Below are positions 37,133 through 50,801 of a stretch of DNA of 64,000 nucleotides, in pieces; within the stretch, counting starts at the first letter, position 1; every line of letters begins with the position of its first letter. The position numbers and the translations under genes were made by a program. Source of the stretch: Chlorokybus atmophyticus (Eukaryota > Plantae > Mesostigma and Chlorokybus algae); assembly GCA_009103225.1 (NCBI GenBank), contig RHPI01002533.1:152841-216840 (forward strand), given 5' to 3'. The notes under the pieces were generated by a model. That model saw only the letters and a list, made by a program, of their open reading frames with translations, made no database searches and was not told where the DNA came from.

Positions 37133-40100
37133 TATGCGATGATGGCCTCGACTTTATACTTGAGATCGCCCTCAACCTTAACTGGAGGAGGAGGAGGTTG
37201 CACCGGACCGTCGCTTTTGTACGGTTTCAGTAATGCCACGTGGAACACATTGTGCACCCGCATGCTCTTTCGCAATTCTAGCCGAAAGGCATGTTCACCG
37301 ACCTTGTCAGTGATGCGGAATGGCCCTAGCCACCTAGGTAGCAACTTGCGTACCCCACTTGTCTTGAGTCGAATGCTTTTCAAGCTCAAAAACACTTGGT
37401 CTCCCACTTGGAGATCATCACCAGGTCTACATTGCCTGTCTGCATACACGTTTTTTGCCTGTCTTGTGCTGCTCTCAGGCAGTCTTTTGCACTTGCCAAC
37501 GCGGCATGCATGTTTTCTGTAAACTCTGTAGCCGTTGGCACTTTGCTGAACGACTCAACTTTCAGAGACATGGGCGTCAACACATGACGGCCGTAGTTTA
37601 AGCGAAGTGCTACGTAGCGACTCATGCCATGCATTGTTTACCGAAAACTCTGCCAATGGCAAGTACACATCCCTGTCATCAAACCTGGGTGACGTGTAGT
37701 GGCGCAGCACCTCTTCTAGTACTTGATTGGCGCACTCCATCTATCCGTCACTCTGCAGGTGGTAAGCAGTGCTTAAGCTCTTCTTGGTTCCCAAGTACCG
37801 GCATACAGCCTGCCAAGATTGGCTCACAATCTTGTGAGCACGGTCGGACACCACCTCTTTGAGTACGCCGTGTGATCTGAACACCGAGTTTACAAAGATA
37901 AATACAAACTCTTGCGCATCTATGTCAGTGCAACACGGCTTAAATCTGACCATCTTGGTCAAGCGATGAATAAAGAAGATGACAGCGCTGTGTCTTTTCT
38001 TTGTCACCGGTAATTTTGTAATGAGATCCATGCTCACACTCTCCCACTAATAGTTGGGAATGGCCAATGGCTTGAGCAAGCCTGCTGGCTTCTTATGCGA
38101 GGCCTTGTCTCGTTGACAAGTGTCTCAGCATGCGACATACTTGGATGCATCAGCAACCAAGGTCGGCTACCAATACTGTCTCTGCAGTTGCTTGATGGTC
38201 TTTGCCAAACCCATGTGCCCACTGTACACGGCATTGTGTGCCTCAAACATACACTCTTGCCCAAAGCCGAGTGCGTCTGGCACGATCAACTTGCCCTCAC
38301 GGTACCATAACCCTTTATGACAAGTGGCCTTGTCATCTGCCTGCTTCAGCATCTCGACAAACCATGTGTCTAGTGCATAAGCGTTAGACAAACGCCCAGC
38401 AATGTCTTCCACATCAATAGCCATAGGGTCCTCCCCACTTGGCGTGTGGTTTGCCACTGGTGCTTCACTAGCTGTCTGTCTTCAAGCGCATTTGGCAAAT
38501 CGCTGGTCTCAGGCTCGCGGATTGCCACTGATGTCTCGTTGACAGCTCTTTCAAGCTCAGTTGGCAACTCGCAAGTACAAGCATCAGTCTCGCTTGACTG
38601 TGCCCACCCTTGAATTCGTGCACGTGCACGCGTTGTCACTGCTAACAGCAATGGCGAACAGCTCAAAGGGTCCGCCACGTTCACTCGCCCTAGTCTATAA
38701 ATCCAGGTAAAGTTGAATAGCGACATATACTCAGCCCACTTCGATTGTCTTCTCAATAAGGTTGGTTGGGTCTGAAAGAAAACAAGGGGGTTGTGGTCGG
38801 TGATCACACTGAACCCGCCTTCCACCACCGCTAGATAGCAATGCCACTTATGTAGCGCATGGACCACCCCCAACAACTCTTGCTCAGTTGTTGTATAGTT
38901 TCTCGGCTGGAGAGAACTTCTTGCTAACATAAGCAAGGGGGGTGCCCACTCGAGAGCAACACAACACCAGTGCCCTTAATAGATGCATCGCATATTACCT
39001 CAAAGGGCTTGGTGAAGTCCGGCAACTGCAATTACGGCGCCGTCACCAAAGCCTCTTTAATAGACTCAAAGGCCTCTTGCTGCCTTTGTGACCATCTCTA
39101 TACGACCTTATCACGTAACAGGTTAGTGAGAGAAGCAACACGCTATGAGTACCCAAAGGTATACTTGCGGAAATAGTTGCTCAAGCCCAAGAATGCGTGT
39201 AGCTCGTGCACATTTCGCGGGCTAGGCCACTCTTTGACCTTAACAACACAACATTCTTTTGGTCCGGGCGCACGCCCTCTTTGCTTACCATATGGCTAAG
39301 GAACTCAAGTTTCGTCTTGCCAAACTCGCACTTGGGCATGTAAGCATAGAAACGATGCGCACGCAATGTTTCCAACACCTCGCGCACATGCGCGGTGTGC
39401 AAGTCAGCGTCCTTGTTGAATACGAGTCTATCATCGAGATGTACAAGCACTGTCTTGCTAATAAGCTTGTGAAACACACGGTTCATCATAGCTTGAAAGG
39501 TGGCTGGCACATTCGTCAGCCCCAAAAGCAACACTTCGTACTGAAAGTGGCCAAGCGGCGTACAAAACGCTGTTTTGGGCACATCTTCCGGAGTGATACG
39601 AATCTGGTGGTACCCACTGATCAGATCAAAGGAGTTAAACACCGAGGCTCCGCTCAGGTGATCAAGCAAATCATTTATCCTTGGCAGCGGATACCTATTC
39701 TTGATGGTCAGCTTATTCAAGGCCCGGTAGTCTACGCACATGCGTAGCCGGCCATCCTTCTTCGGCACGAAGAGGATGGGTGCCCCAAAGGGAGAGCTGC
39801 TTGGCTCAATCAATCCCTTTGCAAGCAAGGCTTTGATCTGCCCCTCCATGTCCGCATACTCAGCCGGACTCAGCCTATACACAGGTCTGAACGGAGGTTG
39901 CGCACCCGATTCAAAAAGGATCGTACGCCACACGTCCTTCTCACGTGGCAATACAGGCAATTCAGCTTGAAACACATCAGCATGCTCATATAACAGACCT
40001 TTCAGAGCCGCGTCTTGCGGTTTGCCATTGGTGTCATCAGTTGCAGTGGTTGGGCTGTCAGTGGCAAACGGCCGGACTAGCACCAGAAGGGGTTAAGCTC

Positions 40101-41614
40101 CATGGCGGACCGCCCTGTTCACCTGCAAAGCACTCAACAAACAACATGAGACATCGGTACCAGATCTGTCATCACTTGCGGGGGGTACGACTTTGTGACC
40201 ATATGCGCGCAGGGTCACACGACCAGGCCCTTTGCGTACACTGCAAAGTTTAGTGTCTGCTTTGTGCGCAAGCCACATGCTTGCTCCCAATGGCTGCCAA
40301 CAATGCCATCCACGCCCAGCACCTCAACTGGGATGACCAAGAACTTGAGCTGAGCATCATAGCTCTGCACATGCACGGACAAGCGTACGACTCCCCGCAC
40401 AGGGCTTTCATGCTTGTTCAAGGCCACAACCGTGTCATCATACTTGGTGACACGAATGCCAAAGCGTTGCACGAGAGACTCACTCAAGAAGTTCTCCCGC
40501 ATGCCCGTGTTTATTATTACGATGCACATGCGCAACTGATGCCTTAAACAACCAAGTCAAGTCCAGAGAACTTACCGGATCGATAGTAGGTGGGTTATAC
40601 AACACATGTGCACGCCCCTTTTCCAGCTTGACTTCACCCATGACTTGCATACCTTTGATGAGGCAAACCCATGGGCCAGGATGCTTGGGTACAATAACGC
40701 ACGCACTCGTGTTGTGCGCGCTCTTGCTTTTGCATGCAACATAGTGCTTGAGCATGTTGTACAGCTTGTCAACAGGCGCGTTAAACAAAACACATTTGCC
40801 CGCACAGTCGTTTTGCAAGAACTGAGTGTCCACATGTACACCCATTTCATTCTCCGACACAGCAACATTGCATGGTTGGGGAAGGCGTGACATCAAGCCA
40901 CTATAAGCACACTGCTTATCAACATCCTAAGAGCAACTAGCCATTAACAATCCCTGTTGCATGCATGGCTTCTTGCTCTCTCCATGCCCCTCGTACATGA
41001 AAACATGGCCCCAAGCGGCGTCCGCTTCAGCCTCATTGAGCTGAGCTTCACAGTTGCGCTTTCGATCTCGGTGACCGTGTCGAGCACTACTGGATGCTTC
41101 AACATGTCTTCCATGAGGACTTGATCAGCTCTCGACAATTGCAAACGAGCAATGTCAGCCTCGTGTTGTTGTTGCAACCCTGTTACTTGCTCACACAATG
41201 TGGCAACCAAAGTGGACAACTGTTGAGTGGTCTTGGCAACATCATTGCCCCAAGATGCCTCCTCACATGTTGCTTGCTGTTGCTCAGCCATCTCCACAAT
41301 GGGCAAACCAACACCACACGGTGTGGTCACCGTAACAGATGCACACACGCGTACACGAGCAGCAAAGTGCAGCAAAAGGCAGATGCGTGTGCAAGACTAT
41401 GCACCAGCAGCTAATGCACAGATCAGCGTGCAAAACGGCCCACACCTAGCAGGCAAGTGTGCGTGCAGCTGCAACGGTCAACTAGCACGCACAATCAGCA
41501 TGAAAACACTGCCATGCAGCACATGCATGCAAAGAATGCAATGCATGCACCGTTCAGCAAGTACATAGGCTGATGGACAAGCATGGAAGGCTTGAAAACA
41601 AGCTCCGAGTCCAA

Positions 41615-42509
41615 TGTAACGATACCACTACTTGCTTGCTGGTCGGGGCTTGGCAAACTTATGCACAAGCAGTAAGGACAGCGGAAGTCCCACCAGCACC
41701 ACGGTGCACGGGAAGTTGCAGAAGCGCACCAAGGAAGGAGAGGATGACTACCAACCTCTCACACAGCTCCAGCCCCAGGCACACCCACGCCCAACACACC
41801 CACATGCACACACACAACACCACACCCCACAAGGGATGAGGGGAAAGCCCCCCCTTCAACAGCTACAACCAGGCACCCCACACAGAAGTGGCCCTCAAGT
41901 GGTGAACACACTCTGATCCCTACTCAAGGTTGCTACTAAGTTTATACTACTAACTTTATACCACTCGCTGCTCTCCCGACCTGGCACACAGGATGTCGAA
42001 GGCCCTGTCACTGTGTGCTGACCTTTCAGCACAAGCTGACCTTGTCCAACACAAGACAACAACCTCGGGACTATTAAACTTCCTCGGTTTCCCATACGAG
42101 GAACAATCCTACCTCGGAACCACAAACATAGGCTCTCCTAGTACAGTAGTACTTGCGGATTGCCCACAGGCATCACATTAGCCTTGCGACTGTTATCATA
42201 GTGGCAAATCGCACTACCACATTATGATCATGTGGTTTGCCAACTTGTCTTTCTTTCTTAGAGCTGTCACATCCTGTGGCAACTCATAGGTTTGGGCCAA
42301 AGGCCTCAGGCACTGACCAGCTCCGTGCTAGCCCTCATCAATGCCTTGTGTAGTTCATCACACTCAAGGCCATATAGGCTCAAGAGTAGACCTACATGAG
42401 AGCGCACCCCACAAGCACACATGCTTATGGAATGGAAAACCCACTTAGTCTCTTCTTACTAGATAAGTAAGGGACAAAGAATGATTTTGCTAGCCTTATA
42501 GGCGTGACA
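41615..42509 (-). repeat. 5' LTR (895 bp)
   Basis: Followed on the minus strand by PBS-like TGGACTCGGAGC (41602-41613), which resembles the tRNA-iMet PBS TGGTATCAGAGC. Confidence 0.95.
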
Positions 42510-42925
42510 GGTTGAGTAGAGTTGTAGCTTCTTGGCGTGTCCTCTCGCGCCGCTCCTAGTCGAAGCGTGCAGCTGCAGTTTTGTCCGCATGTTCTTGTGC
42601 TTGCTGTGCTTGCTTGGCCGCTGCCTCTGCTGCTTTTGCTGCACGTTTGGCTGCATTCTGTGCATGCTGTGCTGCTGCTTTAGCTGCTTGCTGCTTCTTC
42701 CTTGCTGCAGATGCCTAAGCCTTTTGGGCTGCTGCAACTGCTCGCTCTGCACCGGCTGCAGCACGTGCATCTTTCTTTTATTGAATAGCTTCCTTCTCTC
42801 TCTTGTTCTCCTCCTCAAGCTCAAATTGCCGATTCTTAACGTCTTCGTGTGTGAGCCATTGTGCAGTTTGGGGTCCGACTTCAACCTTTCTCATTTTAGG
42901 CGCGAGGGGGGGGGGGGGGGGGGGG

Positions 42926-43147
42926 NNNNNNNNNNNNNNNNNNNNNNNNNNNNNNNNNNNNNNNNNNNNNNNNNNNNNNNNNNNNNNNNNNNNNNNNNNN
43001 NNNNNNNNNNNNNNNNNNNNNNNNNNNNNNNNNNNNNNNNNNNNNNNNNNNNNNNNNNNNNNNNNNNNNNNNNNNNNNNNNNNNNNNNNNNNNNNNNNNN
43101 NNNNNNNNNNNNNNNNNNNNNNNNNNNNNNNNNNNNNNNNNNNNNNN
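42926..43147. other. Assembly gap (N run) flanked by poly-G
   Basis: 222 N between G homopolymers, inside a poly-Pro-coding part of the pogo transposase. Confidence 0.99.
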
Positions 43148-43605
43148 GGGGGGGGGGGGGGGGGGGGGGGGAGCACTGGAGTCTGATGCTGGTGTTGCTG
43201 TCTCCTCTCTGGGTTCCTCCTCCTCTCTAGGCTCCTGGTTGACACCATCAACGGCGTCCATAAACACATTGAGCAGTCCCTTTGGGGGTTCTGGAGGCAG
43301 GTATTTGTCCACCGCACAGTCATTCCAGGGTGAGATGCCTGCATGCACAACTGTGAGACACAAATCTTCTGCATGGCATCACGGAAGGACACACATAGCC
43401 ACTCATCTTACCGCATGCCTTGAAGCCAGCCACTATGTTGCTTGCACCCAGCCTTGCATGAAAGCATGGCACGAGCATCTTCAAGAAATCTTCATTAGAG
43501 AGCCCTCTCACATGCCTTTTTTGGTTGTTCCATGTACAGTACTCCTTCCGATACTGCGCCTTGAAGCTGCTGAAGCAAGATACATCAAGCACCTACAATC
43601 TGTGT

Positions 43606-44463
43606 TGTCGCGCCACGTCTCCTCGACTGCCATGTTACCTCAATGCACCCACAGCACATGTCCACCATGCTGCTACTTATGCACAACACTGCAACTGCAT
43701 GCAATGTCTCCTCCTTCTACTCATACACTAGCATGTCCAACTATATGTATAGTAAACAGGCTACACGAGGGTGATGATGATGATCTCCTCCTTGTAGATG
43801 TACTTGCTGAGCAGGGCACGATAGTATGCGCCAATGTCACACGCTTACACAACAACAATTTCAGCTAAGGCACCAATAGCATACAACACACGAAGATGTA
43901 TTGCACTAGTGTTATGGCACTTGTATGGCAACTTGCTGACCATATAGCCAACATCTGCTTAGTCACACTACTTATACAATGAACAAGTCAATGCACATGT
44001 TTAAATTTAGCACAACCACCTCGAAATGCACTAGACCATGGTCAAAGCTACTTGGACTTGCTCTCCTCCATCTCCAGCTCCAATCCACGCCTCTGATTAT
44101 GAGTAGATCGTCTCCATGATCAGCTCGTGCCTGCCACATGGATGCCCACTCCTTTCACCAGTCCTTCTCCACTCACAACTACCACAATAGCCCCGATTAC
44201 ACCCACCGGATCTCGGTTACGCTGATGTTCGGTTACACTGACTGTAACTCGCCAAATGCACTTCCCCTCACTCAATAACTTCCTTATCTACCTTCCCATC
44301 ACAAAACCCACCAGACATCATTGTCTAGATATGCTTCTACAAGCAAATCTTACTACCTCATGTCTACAACCAGCCCACAATCTGTTATTCCCCTGCATGT
44401 AGTCATATCCCGAGACAGTCATATATCGAGACAACTCAGCTCAAGTCCTTCACCAGCATGACA
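43606..44463. mobile_element. Probable solo LTR (858 bp)
   Basis: TGTC...GACA termini; 4-bp TSD GTGT at 43602-43605 and 44464-44467; no coding capacity; unrelated to the adjacent gypsy LTRs. Confidence 0.8.
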
Positions 44464-45058
44464 GTGTGTCGTGTGTGGGGGCATGACCAGCACCTCCAGT
44501 CCCATTCCCTTGCACTTGTCTATTGCAGACACACTGTAACAACTCACGTGACCATCACAGATCAGCAGCGCAGGGTTACAAGGACTGATACCACCAGGCA
44601 TGTGCAAAGCCAGATAATCAAACCAAGTGGCGAAGTGCTCAAATATCATCCAAGCGTTTTCTTGCACATTAAGAGAAGCACCAGGGAGGTTGACGGCTTC
44701 TGACCACTCTGGGTAAAGGTGCTTGCCATTTAGGATTGCAGTTGAAGGGATAGCACAGCCAGAAGCTGTCACAGCCGCCATGAAGGTGATATGTTGTCTT
44801 GCACCAGATGTTGCCAACTGTGCCCATTTTGATCCACTACACACAACAATGTTGTTATCGGAGTCAGCACCGCATGCTTGCTAGCCACAACGTCGCAAAA
44901 TGTTTCTCCTGCCGGTCGACTAACTATTGGCAACGACCGTGCACTTAATGAAACCAATTTAGACTGTCATGGCTCAGTCTACCTGTAATCTCGACACAGG
45001 GACCTGAGTACAACTTCCGTTACTATCAGGCCCTTTCCGTTACAATTCAGTTTTTAAT

Positions 45059-45298
45059 AGGTGACTACACCTAATCAACAGGCACCTGTTAATTACTTAT
45101 CAGGCCTTAACAGATGATTATGATTAACTAACAGGCACCTGTTAGTTACACATCAGGCATTAACAGGTGACTACACCTACTTAGCAGGCACTTGCAAGTT
45201 ACACATCAGTCTTACTTGGGTGATTCAGCCTATGTGACAGGCACCTGCAGGTTACACACCAGTCCAGTGCAGGCGACTGAGCCTAATTCATAAGCACC
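45059..45298. repeat. 53-bp tandem array (4 full units + partial)
   Basis: Units start at 45059, 45112, 45165, 45218 and 45271. Consensus is approximately AGGTGACT-N10-AACAGGCACCTGTTAGTTACACATCAGGCC-N5. Confidence 0.92.
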
Positions 45299-45663
45299 AA
45301 CAAGGTAATTATTGCTAAAATAAGGCATTTTTTAAGCAACAGAAGGTGACTAATGCCTAACTGTCGTTATATGTATTTGCATAGCATGACTATACGCGAC
45401 TATCACTGACTGCCAGCATCGTTTTGTGCCTGTGTTGTGTACAGGTACCTGACATGTGTACAGTGTCTCTCAATCACTTGTTAAGGCTTGTAGTTAGATT
45501 ATGTGACTCGAATGCATGCAGTTCTGTTGTATATCATAGGGATGCAAGTATTGACATGCATGAGCATAATAACGATTAACTGAGCTGGTTTAAGATGCAC
45601 AACACTAAGTCACAAGAGCCTTGCAGCTGTGTACACTACCAGCTAAACGGACTACCAACTGCG

Positions 45664-47452
45664 CTACAGCTCCTCTCCATCATCGCTTTGCTCGTCATCA
45701 TGGAACAAAGCACCACGCGCTGGGGCCTGTGGAGGAGACGCCGGAGCTTGCTCTTCCTCCTCAAACGGTTGCGCAAGCCAATCAAATGCCGCTTTTGCCT
45801 CAGCGAGCGGGTCACGAGCTGCCGTTTCTTGCGGCCGGCGCCGATTGGGATCTTTCAAGTATTCGACACGAGATGCAGTGCGGCGTTTCACAAGGGTGAA
45901 TGGCTGGAGGGCTGCGTACCGTTGCCTCATCTCCCGCTTCATTGACATGATGATGATCATGGTGTTGATTTCGCTGAGGTACTCTTCATGTGTGTCGATG
46001 CTGGCAGCTAGGAGAGGGTCTCCATCCTTGCCCTTTATGATGCGCTCCACCTGCGTAGCATACAAGCATGTCTTAGTGGCATTGAAAGACACTATTCACT
46101 GCAGCGCATCTGCAAGCCTGTAGTTTGGGGCTACAGCATTCCTAAATTGCTAGTGATTGAGAGATTCAGAGTGCTCACCGTAAGCAACAGGTATGCGAGG
46201 TGGTTGACTGTCAGCTGCCGGCGACCAGGTGTAGTGACAGCGTAAGACCAGCATTGCACGATCATTTGCCAGATTATGGGATTGCCCCAGTCATGGATGT
46301 ATCTCCTCCGCACCCGGGCTGCATTGTCGGTCACCTCAAATTTCCGCCATGACTTGTTTGCGAGAGTCATACCAACAAGGCATTAGTCACAATATGGACA
46401 GTTCAAGTTGAGCCTGCACTAGGCTAGAATAGTGCCTGTGACTTACTTTGGAGCGCGTTGCACATCTGGGCTTTTTGGGTCTCGAGGTCTATTAGGGCGT
46501 TGATGTGCTTGATTGAATCGGTTAGAATAGGCGACATGCGTACGTGTGTATGAAGGCTGAATAAAAAGGCAGTGTTGCATAGCAGACATGGTGGTGAGGG
46601 ACCCAACTCACTTGCGCTTGTTGCTGTTAAACAGTGCCTACTTGTACTCCTTCTCAAGAACATGCTTGATCTTGGTGACATTCTCAGATCGACTTGTGTA
46701 GCTTTCTTCAAGGCGACACTCCGGTGGAAGGGGCACTCCTTGGGCGTCCAGTACACCTTATAGAACTTGGCCGCATCGGCCTTGTCGTCATGGTCGAAGC
46801 CAACTACCTGTCACTGGCAGGTTGGTCAGTGTCACGGTGCTGTGAGGTCATGAAGCATTCTCAGCACCTGACACATGACGTTACAAATAGTGTCCTTATT
46901 AGGATAAACGTGGCTCTCTACCCAGTGGCCGTTTATGATTTCAACGACGTCATCGCAAATGCTGTCCACAAAAGAACAATCCGTTACACATAGTGTCACA
47001 GTGTCAGAGTGTCACACAGTGCTTACCTCGTTGCCAATCTTCCACATGCTTGGGGAAGGGTTGCTGATGGCCGAGGTTGCTATGTCACGGCCAAATGCGT
47101 TTGGGTTGGGGGTTTCAATCGACCCTCTGCAAGCACGACCTGTGTCCAGAACGCATGCAGTGAGTCACTGTGCCAGTTATGAAAGAAGCAAGCATCAAAG
47201 TTTGAAGTTAAGCAAGAAGCAACATGCATAGTGCATCAAGAACGCATGCATTCTAGCTTGCCCTTGCGACTGCGGTGTCAGGTGGAGTTGTTGTAATGGG
47301 CTGGGTGTTAGCGCGGGGTCTTGCTGCTATTGGTTGGCTAAGAGTGGCTGCTGCTGGTTGGCGACGGTTGCCTGGTTGAACACTGGGGGCAATGTGAACC
47401 AATGGCGCCGACCTCCACGACGAGGTGCACCTGCAGGTGGACCACGAGACAT
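45664..47452 (-). pseudogene. Gene A, copy 1 (unknown function; inactivated)
   Basis: Homologous to 52257-54084, but with an in-frame TAG in exon 1, a 2-nt deletion (CATTTGCGATGA vs CATTTGCGAGATG) and a TGG>TAG change. Confidence 0.75.
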
Positions 47453-47921
47453 CTATCTATGTGATAGTTGGGTGCCGCCTGCTTAGCTGATGGTGGCGCT
47501 GCCGCATCCAACGCTGCCGCCGCCAGGTGGCCCGCCCAAGTGTATGAGGCGCGAAAACGAAAATGAGGCTGTTTTGAACGTCTAGTGTCCCGCACTGGAG
47601 TCACACTTGTGCATCCTTCTCCTATGGTTGATGGTACGACATATGCATTCGTACCATCCATGCTTCGTACAACCAAGGGTGTAGTGGCTTGGGCGTGACA
47701 TTAATGGTACGACAGAGGCATCTCTCATCCAACCCTGCCATTGGCGTACTATGCCTCTGTCGTATCATCCATAATACGACAGAGGCATTGCTCGACCAGC
47801 CCTAATGGGAGTTAGCGTGCACTCACCCAAACAGCTTCAGATATGGCTGGATGGTGGCACGCAGGGGCATCAGGTCGATGATGGCTCGAATGTCAGGCAT
47901 GGTGGACTTGGGTTCGACTAG

Positions 47922-50801
47922 GAGGCGGAGGACCAGGAGTTGGAGGCGGCGGCGGCGGCGGCGTGGCACATTTTGCGAGACGTTGTGGTCGTAAGAGTTC
48001 AAACAGCGAAGCCAGCTAATACCGGGCGCCATGTTATGGATCATGGCAGGCGTCAGCAATGGGGCTGTCCAACATGCATCACCAACATTGGACAAACCAG
48101 CAGGCAAGCCATTAAGGACCATCTTCACACAGAGAGCTGCTTGGTGGCTCGCTTTCTGCAACAAGGAGTGGATCGGGAGCTGCAGTCCTTGGAGCCCCTT
48201 GTCAAAACCATGCGGGACCAATTGCGGCTGTGGGAACAAGCACAAAGGAATGCAGAGGTACGCTCAACAGTCACATGCATTTCCTTGCAAGAGCAATTTG
48301 TTTTTTAGCGCAGTCCATGTGATATATGTAGCGTGGCTGCAGGCCTCCACTATTCATCCATACCCACCACACAGTCAAGCCGACGTTGCGGAAGCCAGAG
48401 CAGATAGACAGACCTGGGCGGCGGTATGTTGTTGCCAATCTCGCTGTGCATGTTGACTGCATGCACCTCCAATGCATGCCTACCTTTGCATGCTAGGATG
48501 TGCGTGAGCGTGCGAAGTCGCGCGCGCGTGCCAAACAAAGTAGGCTGCGTTTGAGCACAGGAGCGCGTGGCCATTCATCCGGCATTCAACCAGTAGTGCA
48601 TCAACCAGCAATAACGCAGTCCATGCCATCATTCGCGCATCGATCAGCAATGCCACAGGTTACTGTTCGAAGCAACCAATAAATAATGGTGTGACGCAGT
48701 TGACTATTGCAATTGCAGTGTCGCAAGCATGCAGCCAACCCACATGTGGATGGTTGACAGCATCACAGTGCACTAGGTCATGTTGGAGCTCATATGCAAG
48801 CCTGGATTCAATCCCATCAACTGGTCCTTCAATCCCACTTGCTGATGGGCGCGGCGGCAATGCGGCATCAGTTCAACATGCATGTTGGCCTGTTGAATCC
48901 CAACATGTCCATTGAGGCAGTGGCGCATCCTGTGCCCACGGCTCACGAGCTCCGTGACGAGTCTGCGATTGAGGGTGGCGGGGAGAGTGCACCCAATACC
49001 ACCTTGTCAGCCCCCATGGCTTCCCCTGCTCCATGCAGCCCACGGGCCATTGAGGTAAGTCGTTGTCTTTTATGCTTGTGCCTTTGTAACAATGCGTCAG
49101 GCACTGCATAAGCTTATATTTGTCCTTTGCAACATTGCGAGCCATTTCATCCTGGGTCTTATATACAGCCCCCCTTGCTGCATGCACAAGTGGTCTTTTC
49201 TGCCGCACCTGCTCCCCTCGCAGCCAGAGCGCATCCACCTTCCGCGGCACCAGTTCTTCATGCACTGCCGTCTCCTCCACGGGCAGCACCGATGATTGCG
49301 GGGCAACAATCCTTCTTGCCGCAACCGGCGAGACCACAGCATAATGCAACAACCGATGTGGCTTCTGCACCTACCTTACCCCACCCGCTGCAAGTTGAAG
49401 CCGGCAGTCTGCCCCAAGCTCAGGTACTTTATCAGTCACCGTGACTCTTGCCGTCGATAGTTGGACACACCATTTCAGTGCTGTATGCGCATGCAGTAGG
49501 GGTCACCACCTGCCATCGAGTTATCGGAGGAGCTGGCCGCAACCCGCATACGGCCATCAGTCATGTTTAGTGGCCAGCTCGCCTAATGGGACCACTTCAA
49601 TGCGCCAACGGATGGTAATTGCTTCTACCATTGTGAGTTTCGCGCCAGGCCATCCATAGCGCAAAGTGTCCTGGATAATCACAAGTGCCCCATCTCGAGC
49701 AGATTTTTGGCCATGCTGGTCAGCATGGACGACGATGGCAGGGGCAAAATCACCGCCAAGGTTGTCGATGCAGGTGTGGCGAGCAGAATCGTAGACTTTT
49801 GCAGAGCCACTGGTGCCGCGGGAGAGATGGCACAGTATCATGACAAACTGCCTGCGACCATATTGGCTAATGTTAATTGCATTGACATAACCATAGCCAA
49901 GGTGCGACAAATCGTGCGGAGAAAAGATGTGTATGTGGAGCACCTGCAGATGACCACGTTTGCTAACAAGCTGGGCTTGTTGATTGGCTGCGTGACCGTT
50001 CAGTGCGAGCATGGGGAGTGGGTGCCACGGCCCGGCAGCGCAGTTTAGATTGGAAATAAAGAAGCCCCCAACTCGGTTCTGGTGGTGGGCAACACTGCTC
50101 ATGATGAGCCAGAAGCACACTTTTTGCTCCTCAAGCCTGCGAGCACCGAACAATGGTCGTGGCTTATGCATGAAGTGCCACCGGAGGTAACAGACCTGAT
50201 CGGAGAGTGGCAGAATGGCGTTGCCAATTCCCCGCTACCACCGGCTGCGACCCAAGGTGCTGCGCCAACGCCTCAGGCCTCGCCTTCGTGTGCTAGGCAA
50301 GAATTAGCCGATTGTCTTGCACATCCTGCCTCCCCTCAACCACAGCCACATGCTCGCAATAACAATACAGCACCCTCCCTTCATGCTGCGGAGACTCACT
50401 CGCCATCGCACTCTGACCATCCGGCGGCATCTCCATTAAAAAGCAGCGGTAGCTCGCCCTCTCCCTCCAAGCTTGCCACATTGATCCGAGCCTGTCTTGT
50501 TGGTAAAGAGACTGATCGAGGTGTCCTGAAAGCTGCGCTAAAAGACAAAGGCTTCATGCTCAACCTCATTAAGCAACATGAGGTCCTGGAGGAACGGGAG
50601 GCAACCAACAAGCGCAAGGCTGTGAAGCAAGAAGATAACGCCTTACCTTCTCTGAGTGACAGTGCCACGGAGAGCGCCTGCCAGGATGTGCAGGTTGACA
50701 AAAAAAAAAAGAAGAAGGGTGTTGGAACAAAGGACGCTGACATGATCAAAAAAGGAAAGGTGAGGCATCGTTACAACATTAGAAGAAGCACAGCGCCTTG
50801 A
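47922..50801 (+). pseudogene. Gene B, copy 1 (zinc finger + OTU-like protease; inactivated)
   Basis: Homologous to 54561-57463, with TCA>TAA and TGG>TAG nonsense changes in the OTU exon. Confidence 0.8.

Larger units (their letters stand above)
35632..42509 (-). mobile_element. Ty3/gypsy chromovirus-type LTR retrotransposon, full-length but decayed
   Basis: LTRs at 35632-36525 and 41615-42509 with TG...CA ends; TSD GGTTG at 35627-35631 and 42510-42514. Protease-like region (40215-40535); RT (PFGAPILFVPKKDGRLRMCVDYRALNK, HLDD); RNase H (NYTTTEQELLGVV, TDHNPL); integrase (SMDLITKLP, AYHLQSDG, GPF); chromodomain (QYLVNWLGY...NAWEP). Many frameshifts. Confidence 0.97.
35497..44885 (-). pseudogene. 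Fot1/pogo-like DDE transposase split by nested insertions (pieces 44464-44885, 42510-43605, 35497-35631)
   Basis: RQHITFMAAVTASG, ENAWM, LLICDGHVS, MPPHTTH|RL*VLDVSCF and GFKACGI. Removing the solo LTR and the gypsy element at their TSDs restores the reading frame (PPHTTH-RL; EATTLLN-QWDWDP...). The 5' part is absent beyond 44885. Confidence 0.85.
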
